Source: a virus (taxonomy: Duplodnaviria > Caudoviricetes). Taken from it: 64,000 nucleotides of DNA. Position 1 is the first letter of the stretch. Every line of letters begins with the position of its first letter. The notes under the pieces were generated by a model. That model had not been told where the DNA came from, did not search any database, and was given only the letters and a program-made list of their open reading frames with translations. Positions 55,290-64,000 of this stretch are shown one piece after another. The DNA lies in the IMG/VR virus record IMGVR_UViG_3300033121_001571. The stretch is one strand, 5' to 3'. The position numbers and the translations under genes were made by a program.

Positions 55290-56963
55290 TCACTGGATTC
55301 CAGCAAGCTTTGCCCACCTATCTGCCTCAGCAGACTCATTTAAAGCAACGCTTGATGTGCGTGCTACAGGCTTAGATGAAGAACCAAGAGTTGACTTTGA
55401 CTCAGCCACAACCTTCTTCTTCCCGTCTAAGAGCGCGCGCTTGATGCTCTCGTACACTAACTTAACTTCTCTAGGGTTTTTTGCCTCAGCCAACTGATCA
55501 ACAACAGCTGATTTCTGAGACTGAGTCAATGACTCATCCTGTAAAAGTTTGTTTGCGTATGTTAAGCGAACGTTGTCCAGATTTACCTTGGCCAACTTGT
55601 TACGAAGAGGATTTGAACTCTCCGTTAGTGAAGAACCGTTATTTGAACGACTCTGTCTCTCATTCAAAGCCTTTGTCAACTTATCAGTAAGTGACTTAGA
55701 CTCAGTAAACTTTTTGATGAGTTGAACTCTCTTTGCTTTATATGCAGATGCAGCTTTAACGTTGCCCTCTGCCATCGCACGGCCTTGAAGAGTTCTAAAC
55801 TCGTGGATCTTGTTCTTCAACACATTCTGAAGACGCTTGTGTTGGTTGACTCTATTGACTGATTCCTCCATAGGATCACAGCTATCATCAGCTTGAACCA
55901 TGTCAGTTTCAACCATCTCTGATTCTTCCATATCATCATCCATCTCATCATCTTCTGACAAGTCTTCAAGATCTTGATCCCATACATCACCATTGTCAGA
56001 ACCATCACCAAATGTTGTTGTATCATGCGATAACTTAGCTTCACGCATAGCTCTCATTCTCTTAATCTCATTTCTGAGCATCTTTTCATCAATCTCAACG
56101 ATTGTGTCATCACTCAATTTAAGCATCTCTCCCATACCCTGATCAGATTCTCCAGAATCTGACAAATCGCCAAGGTCAACTTGATCTTCGTTAGATTCAT
56201 CTCCAGCGTCTAAAGATGCAGAGTCATCTGTTGACTCAGAAGAATCATCTTCATCTTCGTCAGTAACTAAATCTACACCAACCTCATCTAAATCAATATC
56301 GTCTGGTAGACCAGTCAACTTGAGTGTGACATCTGCTTCATCTACTCTGTTGGTGTTTTTCATTTTCTCTTCTCTGATCTTTTCTAACGACTCATTGCAG
56401 TTTTCTAATTTTTCCTCGTAGACTTTCTTTGTTGTAGCGTCTAACTCAGAAATCTCCTGCAAACGATCGTATGTATCTTGCACTCGTGCAATTACGTCAG
56501 AAATTTTGAACAAATATGTTTCTTGTTTAGAAACTTTTGGTGAAACGCTTTCAATTATACGCACTTCACTGCATAATTTTTTAACTTTCATATCAATTTC
56601 TGACAATGCATCTAGGTTAACGAGCTTTTTTACAGTCTCTACGACTGGAACATCATCTTGACCCAATGAATCAAGATCTAAAGTGATTTTACCTTCTTCG
56701 TCAGGAGGGCTTAAAGCTTCGCCACTATTTCCAACGTCTGGCACTGACACATCTGCTTCTGGTTCAAGAAGCACTTGATCAACAGGAATACCTGTGTCAT
56801 CTAATTCAAGATCACTGTTCTCATTCATCAATAAATGAGATTCAATAAACTCCCTTATCTTTGGAGTCACTGCTTCAATGATTTTTTTCGTAGCAGACGC
56901 TTGAGCGACCTCGCTTACTTGTCGCACGTCAGCTAAAGCGTCCTCGTAAAGTTGTCTGCTCAT
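55290..56963 (-). CDS. Prohead scaffold/core protein (T4 gp22-like)
   Basis: Directly upstream of the capsid gene; acidic coiled coil with many L-x-E sites; ends RWAKLAGI. Confidence 0.8.
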   Translation of the reverse strand: MSRQLYEDALADVRQVSEVAQASATKKIIEAVTPKIREFIESHLLMNENSDLELDDTGIPVDQVLLEPEADVSVPDVGNSGEALSPPDEEGKITLDLDSLGQDDVPVVETVKKLVNLDALSEIDMKVKKLCSEVRIIESVSPKVSKQETYLFKISDVIARVQDTYDRLQEISELDATTKKVYEEKLENCNESLEKIREEKMKNTNRVDEADVTLKLTGLPDDIDLDEVGVDLVTDEDEDDSSESTDDSASLDAGDESNEDQVDLGDLSDSGESDQGMGEMLKLSDDTIVEIDEKMLRNEIKRMRAMREAKLSHDTTTFGDGSDNGDVWDQDLEDLSEDDEMDDDMEESEMVETDMVQADDSCDPMEESVNRVNQHKRLQNVLKNKIHEFRTLQGRAMAEGNVKAASAYKAKRVQLIKKFTESKSLTDKLTKALNERQSRSNNGSSLTESSNPLRNKLAKVNLDNVRLTYANKLLQDESLTQSQKSAVVDQLAEAKNPREVKLVYESIKRALLDGKKKVVAESKSTLGSSSKPVARTSSVALNESAEADRWAKLAGIQ

Positions 56964-56991
56964 TTTCTCTTACGTAAGTATATCGCAGAGT

Positions 56992-57528
56992 TCACGAATT
57001 TGTGCCAGAATCTCCAAGAATACCTGGTTTGCCGAGCAAATTTGCATCGTGCATCTTTGGACCAGTCACAGTTGGAGATTTTGTACCAGTACCAGGAGCA
57101 CCTGGGACATAATTTGGCTTGATATCAGCAACAGCAATCTGCGGATCTACTGACTTATCTGTACCTTCAGTTTTGCCAGGTCCAGGAGATGTGATATCAG
57201 GAATGTAAGAATTTGCAGGATCACCGGGACTATTCCAAACAACATCTGCACCTTCAGCTGTATTTGGAGCTTGCACAGGCGCATTCAAAGCGCTATAGTC
57301 AAGGTAAACACCATTTGGGAAAAATCCAGTATCACCCTGTTGTAAAACAGGTTGTAACAGATTTTTCCCCATCTCAACCACAACTTCTCTTGCTTCTACT
57401 TCTTTTCCCACGAGATCTTGTGTGGGTGACTGTAAAACAGGATCTGTGCTCTTGAAAAGCTTATTCAATAACGTGTTTTTAGTAGATGCAACAGGAGCGT
57501 ATGTTGTGTATTTACCTTGACCTGACAT
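56992..57528 (-). CDS. Hypothetical Pro/Gly-rich head-module protein
   Basis: Start moved to ATG 57528 (SD GAGG). Confidence 0.65.
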   Translation of the reverse strand: MSGQGKYTTYAPVASTKNTLLNKLFKSTDPVLQSPTQDLVGKEVEAREVVVEMGKNLLQPVLQQGDTGFFPNGVYLDYSALNAPVQAPNTAEGADVVWNSPGDPANSYIPDITSPGPGKTEGTDKSVDPQIAVADIKPNYVPGAPGTGTKSPTVTGPKMHDANLLGKPGILGDSGTNS

Positions 57529-57554
57529 GTTCGCCTCAATGATATCTATGTTGA

Positions 57555-57806
57555 TCAATCAATAGCAATCTCACGCGCAAGCTTCAATTTTGCTTCTTGA
57601 ATCTTTTCAAGGCGCTTCTTGAGTCTTGTTTCTTCTATTTTTAACGCTTTAGCGTAATCAATCTTCTTCTCAAGCGAATCGGCAAGCTCATCAGCTTCAG
57701 TTTCCTCTGCGGAAACATCTGCAGGATCTTTCATCTTGCCAAACTTACCAGCTTCTTCTTTTACAAGCTGACGTAACAAATCTTTTGTGAGTTTTACAGT
57801 CTTCAT
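57555..57806 (-). CDS. Small protein with the shared N-terminal leader (MKTVKLTKDLLRQLVKEE)
   Basis: Start at ATG 57806; leader motif. Confidence 0.7.
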   Translation of the reverse strand: MKTVKLTKDLLRQLVKEEAGKFGKMKDPADVSAEETEADELADSLEKKIDYAKALKIEETRLKKRLEKIQEAKLKLAREIAID

Positions 57807-57833
57807 GGTATTTGTGTGTACCTTCACAAGTAA

Positions 57834-58238
57834 CTATTTGTTAAACGCGAGAAATTCCCAATTTTTTGTCATTTCTGGTCCGAATATATCAGTTGGGTCT
57901 CCTTCAAAGTGCTCAACGCTATTCATTGTAGGCGTAACTGAGTGTCCATTATCACCTGCATTTTGCATTTTCACAAGTGTTGTCTTTGCAGTGTTTTCAA
58001 AAATTGACTGCATTAACTTGTTTCCCTGAGCAACGTTTGTTATAGCTTCTTTCAATGGAGTGTCAAGAACAGGATTAAATTTCCTAGGTTGAGGCACTTG
58101 AGAACGTTTTTGAACTTCTTGGACTGGTGATTTCCTTTGTTCTGCTAAGTTAAACTGCGTCGTAGTCAAACCCTCAGCCAAAATCTCAACTAAACATTCT
58201 TTTATGATCGATTTGAGTTGTTGTCTTGAAAGTTTCAT
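57834..58238 (-). CDS. Protein with the shared N-terminal leader (MKLSRQQLKSIIKE)
   Basis: ORF track; leader motif. Confidence 0.75.
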   Translation of the reverse strand: MKLSRQQLKSIIKECLVEILAEGLTTTQFNLAEQRKSPVQEVQKRSQVPQPRKFNPVLDTPLKEAITNVAQGNKLMQSIFENTAKTTLVKMQNAGDNGHSVTPTMNSVEHFEGDPTDIFGPEMTKNWEFLAFNK

Positions 58239-58615
58239 CAGCCCACCGTCAAACCGTTACTACCCGTGAACAGCGCAACGTTAGTTGGATCAATCGTTGT
58301 CTGCGCAGCATATACACTAAAAGTGACCGTACCTGCAGTTGAATAAAAAAACATTGATCTCGTACGTACGTCAAATTCTTGTGTCACAGAACCAGAAACA
58401 AGAAAATAGTTTCCTCCCATAACACCTAATCTAGAAAATCCAACTCTTAAATCAGTTCCTGCTAAACTTGTGTTGCACACCTTGACTGATTTTGTCACTT
58501 TGTCAAAATCAATCCTAACAACGTTTCCCGCTGAAACGTTTGAAGATGTAACAAATGGTATACCAGAAACCATGTACTCTGGTGCTGAGTTAAATGATGA
58601 ACGTGGCCAATCCAT
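58238..58615 (-). CDS. Putative head structural/decoration protein
   Basis: Beta-rich 125-aa protein in the head operon. Confidence 0.55.
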   Translation of the reverse strand: MDWPRSSFNSAPEYMVSGIPFVTSSNVSAGNVVRIDFDKVTKSVKVCNTSLAGTDLRVGFSRLGVMGGNYFLVSGSVTQEFDVRTRSMFFYSTAGTVTFSVYAAQTTIDPTNVALFTGSNGLTVG

Positions 58616-58617
58616 TG

Positions 58618-59217
58618 TTACCTCTTTAAAGTCAGAATCTCATTTAAGATTCTGTCTATTCTGACTGAACGTCCAAAAAATTGATCTATCTCTTTTCTTG
58701 AAACAACTTTGTTTTCTGTGAAAAGAAAAGCTCCTGGCGTCGATGGCTCAGAAACAATATCAAAACAAATCAATTGGTAATCATTCTGCACAACATCATA
58801 ATCACCATCTTTCTTTGTAGTACCCACTCCACGTGAAGATATTCCAATTTGGACTTTTGACTCAATGAGAGATCTTAGAGTTTGACCCATAGGCGTATTT
58901 AAAACTTCGACAGTTCCATACACTTCATTTCCTTTCATCTCTAAAGATCTAACGATGTGTGAAACATTTTTCAACGATATCACAGACTCTGGAGGGTGGT
59001 CCAACTCGCCTAAAGCACGGTTCTCTAGAATAAATTTTTGATAGTTCCTCACTTCACGCTCTAAAACGTTCTGAGGATAAATTCTACCATTTTGGTTAAG
59101 AGTGTCTGCTTTTTGTAAAATTCCCTTAAGAATTATAGAACTCTTGTTAGTCTCTACGTCTTCTTTTAAAGTATAAGAGAACGGCATATAGCTTGTAATC
59201 TCTCTCAAGTCACTCAC
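58618..59217 (-). CDS. Prohead protease (T4 gp21-like)
   Basis: NQNGRIYP, ALGELDHP, NVSH, LNTPMG, GISSRGVG, FDIVSEPSTPGA. Confidence 0.95.
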   Translation of the reverse strand: MSDLREITSYMPFSYTLKEDVETNKSSIILKGILQKADTLNQNGRIYPQNVLEREVRNYQKFILENRALGELDHPPESVISLKNVSHIVRSLEMKGNEVYGTVEVLNTPMGQTLRSLIESKVQIGISSRGVGTTKKDGDYDVVQNDYQLICFDIVSEPSTPGAFLFTENKVVSRKEIDQFFGRSVRIDRILNEILTLKR

Positions 59218-60067
59218 TCTTACCTCCAGACAACTCGTTATCTAGTTGTAGATATAGCATGACTCTAGCAATAGTCTGATCATCAATAATGTCAAATTGC
59301 TCTAGCACAAGTTGTTCTTTGAATGTTTTTAGTTTTTCTGTCACTAGATTGTCTAAGTTTTGTGCTCTAGAATCAATGTTTTCTAACAGATTAGTTTTTA
59401 TTTGAGTAAGTTTTTCTCTGATTTTTTCAGAATTTGAATTAGCTTCACTAAAAGCATATGTTCTTAACAAGTCTTTTTGCTCTGGTGTCAAAACGTTAGA
59501 ATACTTCTCATTTAACTTTCTAGTGATCACATGCATAAGAGCACGAGCGGTGTTAGTTGATAAAGAATTTTCTGAAATCGTCTGTACTTTACTTGACTTA
59601 TCTTTCAACAACCATTTGACTACTTCATCTTCATACTGTGCTAACCTTCTAAGATCTGGCTCTGATGATCTCCAATCTTCAAATAGAGTGTGAATAGTTG
59701 AAAGAATCTTGTAATCGTCAACGTGACGATCATAAAAATCTGGATCTTGCAGGCTTTTATTTATAGAATCTATCAGATATGATTTTTCTTTCTCAAGTTT
59801 TGTTCTGTCTCTTTTTCTAGCGGCAAGCTTTGCTTCTTGTAAGATGTTATATGCAACTGCTTCTGAAGAGACTGTTGTTTTATGAAGAGCATTTACAAGA
59901 CGAAATTCTTTGTATATCTCTGAATCAGGTTTGAAATATTTCTTCATCAAGTGGAGCGCTCTCTTCGAGTCTTTGTTTTCACCCTCAACAAGAGAGTGTG
60001 ACATCTTCAAGATCAAAAATTCATAAAGTAAACCAACATTTCTTTTCTTTTTTGACTTAGCTGGCAT
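59210..60067 (-). CDS. Head-module protein between portal and protease
   Basis: 285-aa helical ORF starting ...KKRNVGLLYEFL. Confidence 0.7.
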   Translation of the reverse strand: MPAKSKKKRNVGLLYEFLILKMSHSLVEGENKDSKRALHLMKKYFKPDSEIYKEFRLVNALHKTTVSSEAVAYNILQEAKLAARKRDRTKLEKEKSYLIDSINKSLQDPDFYDRHVDDYKILSTIHTLFEDWRSSEPDLRRLAQYEDEVVKWLLKDKSSKVQTISENSLSTNTARALMHVITRKLNEKYSNVLTPEQKDLLRTYAFSEANSNSEKIREKLTQIKTNLLENIDSRAQNLDNLVTEKLKTFKEQLVLEQFDIIDDQTIARVMLYLQLDNELSGGKSE

Positions 60068-60094
60068 TAGTGATTACTCGAAGAGATTCGCTCT

Positions 60095-62089
60095 TCAATC
60101 CTCGTCATCACTAATTATATCCAGCTCTTCTGACACGTCAAAATACTGTTTCTCAGCATTTTCTGTCAAGACTTTTTTATTTGCAAAATGTTTGTTCATT
60201 TTGTTCAAAGATGCTTGAATGTCTTGAGTAACTCTTGTCTTTTCATACAAGAATTCATCTTTTTCTCTGCGCATAAATCCATCAACTAAAGGATTTGTTA
60301 CCACTGATTTAGCACTTGCCTGGTCGTATGGATCTGAAAATGATTTATCGGATGATGTCATCTTATAGTGATCGGGCATATGTGTCTTACTTGCACCGTG
60401 AGTTCTTTTACGTGAACGATTGTAAAGCACTTTTTTAATGTGTGAATTTGGTTTAATTGGTGCTTTATCAAGCTCAAATCTAAGATTGATATCATCACTA
60501 TCATCATAATCAGAAGACGTAAGCAACTCAACACCTGGTTCATCTAACTCTTCTGGTTCATCTTCTGCGTTTTCAGGTGGCGGTGTCTCTTCAGCAGGTT
60601 CTGCAACAGGTTCTGTTTCGCCGCCCCCGAATAGTCCCTCGTCACCGCCAGATAATTCTTCGCCACCACCAACAGCTGCTTCTATTGATGCATCTGTCAA
60701 TTTTTCTTGAAGCCTCTGGCGTTTGATAGATTCAATCTCTTCAGAGTTCAGATCCCAAATATTTCTCTGAATAAACTCTTGAGAACCCATATTCTCTGGC
60801 ATAGACGCAGCAATCTCAAACTTTGTCCTCCACAGTTCTAATTTCTGTTGTTGAGCAACAGTCGATGGATTTGAGAGTCTCAACACAAAATTTTGCAAAT
60901 CACTGCTTGTGAATCCCTTTGCATACAGGTGAATGATTGCGATCTTGTTTAACTCTGACAAAAACATCTTTTGAATGCTGTTGATCGTTCTAGAAAACCT
61001 TATGTCTTCTTGTGAAAGAGTTGACTTAGAACCTAACATTTCATCATATCCCAAATAAGCTCTTGGAATCTTAAGAGCTGCAAATAACTTCTTTTGTATG
61101 TACGCAACATCTTCAATTGCAGCAGTGTTCTGGCCGCCAGCGAGTGTGTCAATCTTTGTGCCTGAATCACCACCACGAACAGGCAACAGATAATCTTCAT
61201 CAACTGACATACCGTTGTATCTAAGATCTACTCTACCAGTTGCTCTATCAACAACTTGGTTAGTGCGCATTCTAGCTCTTTGTTCTTCAACATAATTTGC
61301 AACATCTTCTGGTGCTAAGTTTCCTACGTCTATGTAAAAGACTCTTCTTTCAGGAGCACGAGTGATTCTATAAACTAACATCGCATCTTCAATTAAGATC
61401 AGTTGTCTCCAGATCCTTCTTGCACCCTCTAAGACTGATGAACCATACGGAAGAAATGTGTCATTGCTCAATAGTCGAAAGTGCGTGACTTCCCAATTTT
61501 CAAGTGTTCTGTTTCCCATAGTTGCCCACCTGAACCGCACGCCAAATGGATCTTGTGGGTCAAAGTTTTCTTCTCTTTCAATTTCATTGACAGGAATTGG
61601 AATAACGTTAATGATTCCATCAACAGGGTGGACATCATTCAACAAAAACGTATCACCAAATTTACATGCATTCCTAACCCAAGGTTTGAAATTAAACTCT
61701 ATGTTGATGATATCATAAAATAATTCTTCTAAGACTTCTTGAATTTTTTCATTATTTGAGTGAATATGCAAGATTCTACCTTTGTCATTTTGTGCACATA
61801 TCTCTTCTGCGTATATGTCAAGAGCCGAAGACAACTCAGGCGTCTGTTCCATCTCCTGAAAGTCTTGATATCTCATCATTCTTTCAGCAATGTTATAAGC
61901 GTTGCCAGTGATATTGCTATACGTTGGTGTGATAGACTTACTGAATAACAATGCACCAGATGACTTTGTTCTGTCTGGCACAGCTGCTACAGTGTCAATA
62001 CTTCTGATTTTTTTCTTAACAACAGGACCAGATCTGAAAAGTTTAGTTAATCTAGAAAATAGAGTCCTAGAATCATTCTTTTTTGCCAT
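60095..62089 (-). CDS. Portal protein (T4 gp20-like)
   Basis: YGSSVLE, LIEDAMLVYRITRAPERRVFYIDVGNL, EDYLLPVRGG, IDTLAGG, ALKIPRAYL, EDIRFSRTI. Confidence 0.97.
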   Translation of the reverse strand: MAKKNDSRTLFSRLTKLFRSGPVVKKKIRSIDTVAAVPDRTKSSGALLFSKSITPTYSNITGNAYNIAERMMRYQDFQEMEQTPELSSALDIYAEEICAQNDKGRILHIHSNNEKIQEVLEELFYDIINIEFNFKPWVRNACKFGDTFLLNDVHPVDGIINVIPIPVNEIEREENFDPQDPFGVRFRWATMGNRTLENWEVTHFRLLSNDTFLPYGSSVLEGARRIWRQLILIEDAMLVYRITRAPERRVFYIDVGNLAPEDVANYVEEQRARMRTNQVVDRATGRVDLRYNGMSVDEDYLLPVRGGDSGTKIDTLAGGQNTAAIEDVAYIQKKLFAALKIPRAYLGYDEMLGSKSTLSQEDIRFSRTINSIQKMFLSELNKIAIIHLYAKGFTSSDLQNFVLRLSNPSTVAQQQKLELWRTKFEIAASMPENMGSQEFIQRNIWDLNSEEIESIKRQRLQEKLTDASIEAAVGGGEELSGGDEGLFGGGETEPVAEPAEETPPPENAEDEPEELDEPGVELLTSSDYDDSDDINLRFELDKAPIKPNSHIKKVLYNRSRKRTHGASKTHMPDHYKMTSSDKSFSDPYDQASAKSVVTNPLVDGFMRREKDEFLYEKTRVTQDIQASLNKMNKHFANKKVLTENAEKQYFDVSEELDIISDDED

Positions 62090-62146
62090 GTAAACTCATA
62101 CTAAATAATATGAACAAAAAAGCTCAATGAACAAGAGTCATGTTTG

Positions 62147-62437
62147 TCAATCAACTTTTCTTAACGAGACTATTTTTCTCTTCTTTGCGTACACATAAGA
62201 AGATGGTGTACTGATCATATCAGTTAAAGTTTTCTTGAGTGCTTCTAAAGATCTGCTGACGGAACTCAACGCATGAGGATTTTTATCTTTCAAATTAGAC
62301 TCAAACTTCTCAATAGCAGACAACAACTTACTTGCATTTGCTACAACTAAGCTCATTGCACTGTGCTCAGAGCCTTCATTTATAGACTCAAGTTCTTCTT
62401 TGACTAATTTTCTGATAAACTCTTCTGAAACATTCAT
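62147..62437 (-). CDS. Small protein with the shared N-terminal leader (MNVSEEFIRKLVKEEL)
   Basis: Start moved to ATG 62437, 5 nt after ATAATTA. Confidence 0.7.
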   Translation of the reverse strand: MNVSEEFIRKLVKEELESINEGSEHSAMSLVVANASKLLSAIEKFESNLKDKNPHALSSVSRSLEALKKTLTDMISTPSSYVYAKKRKIVSLRKVD

Positions 62438-62448
62438 GTTGTTAATTA

Positions 62449-64000
62449 TCACTTGAACAACCAACTCATATTAGAAAGTTCTTTTGGCAAAGAACTGTTT
62501 GCGATTTTAGGGTGTGCAATTGTTTTTGTTGTCATAATAGCGTTATTTGCAACTTGAACTTGATCCTTGTAAAGAGAATTTTTTGTAACAGACATAGCTT
62601 TTAATATTGCTCTTTGCATATCATCATCATTTGTTGTCTGCACAGTCGATTCTCCTAACGTTAACCACACGCCTATTGCTAGCGACATGATCAAATCATC
62701 ATACCCATCTTTTGTAGATTCAGGCCTGTTACCGTTCCAGATAAATGTCAATAACTGATCATATAACCTGCTAGAGTAAGTCTTGATCAAGCGATTTCTT
62801 AACGTTTCTTCTAACTTTGACAACATAGTCAAACGATTTTTTGAAGTAGTGATAAATCCTGGAATGTCTGTCTGTTTAGGTCCTGTTTCTTTACTAACTT
62901 TGTATTTCTTTTCATAGAACAAGTTCTTATATCCTAGATCTCTGATCTTGACATTTGTCAAGTACCCGAATGTGTTCTGTTCAACTACAACAAATGCTTC
63001 ATTGTATTTTGAAGCCCAGAACATGATCAAGTCCGCTAATTTCTCAGGTGGTATCTTACCCATATACTCAGCAACTACAGAACAATCAATTTTGTCGATA
63101 ATGTGAAATGCAGAATAGTCTTTAGCGTCTCCCCTTGAAACATCTGCTGACAACAAGTACTCACGGTCAGGTATTGGCTCTGACCAGATCCAAACATTTC
63201 TATCGTTACCTGCTTTCGCAATAGGAATGAGCGTGTGTTTTTTTATGTTTTCAAGATCATCAGCTTGTAAAAATGTGTCTCCAGATGCAATGAATGAACA
63301 CTCATATTCTTGAGCAATCTTCTTCCTTGAAAGAGATTTTGTCTCTTGAACAAACCAAGCTCGATCACGTTCAGGATGAACATCCCACATAAGTTTTATG
63401 GGATTAAATCCGTTTACTCCTGCTTCAGCTTCCACCCACAAATCGTGATAAATTCCACCAACACCATTTGGAGATGAAATCAAGATCACATCACCACCAG
63501 TAGAAACTGTTGGTTGAAGACCAGTCCAAATATCATCAAAGTCATCAATGTGAGCACACTCATCAATGATTAGAAGCGATAGTGCCTCTGATCTACCTGC
63601 GTCTGGAGACGTTGGGATTGCTTTGATTTTTGATCCGTTATTAAACGTAACTTGTTGTTTTGATGGTTCAAATTTTGGAAGAAGCAACCATTCAGGTAAG
63701 TTGTTAAGAACAACCTTGACCTTGTCAATCATGTTGATAGCTGTGGGCAATTTAGTTGCAATAACAAGTATATTTTTGTCTTTATGAAAAATGGCCATCC
63801 ACACAGCATATGCTGCTGTCACAGTAGACAAACCTAATTGTCTTGACTTACAACATATGTTTAACCTGTTGTTCATAAACATATTCAAACAATCATCTTG
63901 AAATGGATACGTCTTAAATGGCAACAGACCTTTTGTCGGGTGTTGGATTTTAACGTAGTTGTTCAAAAAATAGATAGGATCTCTTCCACACTTTAATATC
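62449..64000 (-). CDS. Terminase large subunit (T4 gp17-like), 5' end outside the window
   Basis: YPFQ, KSRQLGLST, LLIIDECAHI, ISSPNG, QEYEC, SADVSRG..DYS, VEQN, DDLIMSLAI. The frame is open to the window edge. Confidence 0.96.
   Translation of the reverse strand, partial: ILKCGRDPIYFLNNYVKIQHPTKGLLPFKTYPFQDDCLNMFMNNRLNICCKSRQLGLSTVTAAYAVWMAIFHKDKNILVIATKLPTAINMIDKVKVVLNNLPEWLLLPKFEPSKQQVTFNNGSKIKAIPTSPDAGRSEALSLLIIDECAHIDDFDDIWTGLQPTVSTGGDVILISSPNGVGGIYHDLWVEAEAGVNGFNPIKLMWDVHPERDRAWFVQETKSLSRKKIAQEYECSFIASGDTFLQADDLENIKKHTLIPIAKAGNDRNVWIWSEPIPDREYLLSADVSRGDAKDYSAFHIIDKIDCSVVAEYMGKIPPEKLADLIMFWASKYNEAFVVVEQNTFGYLTNVKIRDLGYKNLFYEKKYKVSKETGPKQTDIPGFITTSKNRLTMLSKLEETLRNRLIKTYSSRLYDQLLTFIWNGNRPESTKDGYDDLIMSLAIGVWLTLGESTVQTTNDDDMQRAILKAMSVTKNSLYKDQVQVANNAIMTTKTIAHPKIANSSLPKELSNMSWLFK

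Noticed and set aside
1-64000. Alternative genetic code (stop-codon reassignment)
   Set aside because: Core genes are intact in code 11, coding density is high, and TAA, TAG and TGA all terminate genes.
1-64000. CRISPR array, integrase, transposase or diversity-generating retroelement
   Set aside because: No regularly spaced repeats and no recombinase, transposase or reverse transcriptase motifs were seen. The 39-bp repeat lacks adenine-specific mismatches.

Overview
This window is a gene-dense, AT-rich fragment of a large T4-like contractile-tailed (myovirus, probably jumbo) phage, read in the standard genetic code and almost entirely on the minus strand. In transcription order (right to left) it carries: (1) head assembly genes: terminase large subunit (truncated by the window edge), portal, prohead protease, scaffold and a 631-aa major capsid protein; (2) large virion or fibre proteins, a tmRNA (tag ANDNGRIDSLKLAA) and an M15 endolysin; (3) neck and tail genes: two tandem ~1000-aa sheaths, tube, a chaperone with a likely +1 frameshift, tape measure and baseplate; (4) replication and nucleotide genes: minimal PolA, HD protein, gp32-like SSB, RecA/UvsX, 5'-3' exonuclease, gp41-like helicase, class II RNR, dTMP kinase, NTP pyrophosphatase and an MT-A70 methylase; (5) an RNA-processing cluster at the left end. 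The most striking unexplained element is a ~430-nt structured intergenic region (3425-3854, minus) holding two circularly permuted tRNA-like domains (T arm, loop-closed acceptor stem, D arm; YrlA Y-RNA topology). It lies between a sigma70-driven uncharacterised protein and a polynucleotide kinase/phosphatase, with a metallophosphoesterase and a nucleotidyltransferase downstream. Other signals are a shared N-terminal leader (possible capsid-targeting signal) on about 10 unrelated proteins, two opposite-strand paralog pairs (kinase-like and GNAT-like), an ATANTTA late-promoter motif and a thrice-repeated intergenic element. All assignments come from motif recognition by eye; no database searches were run.
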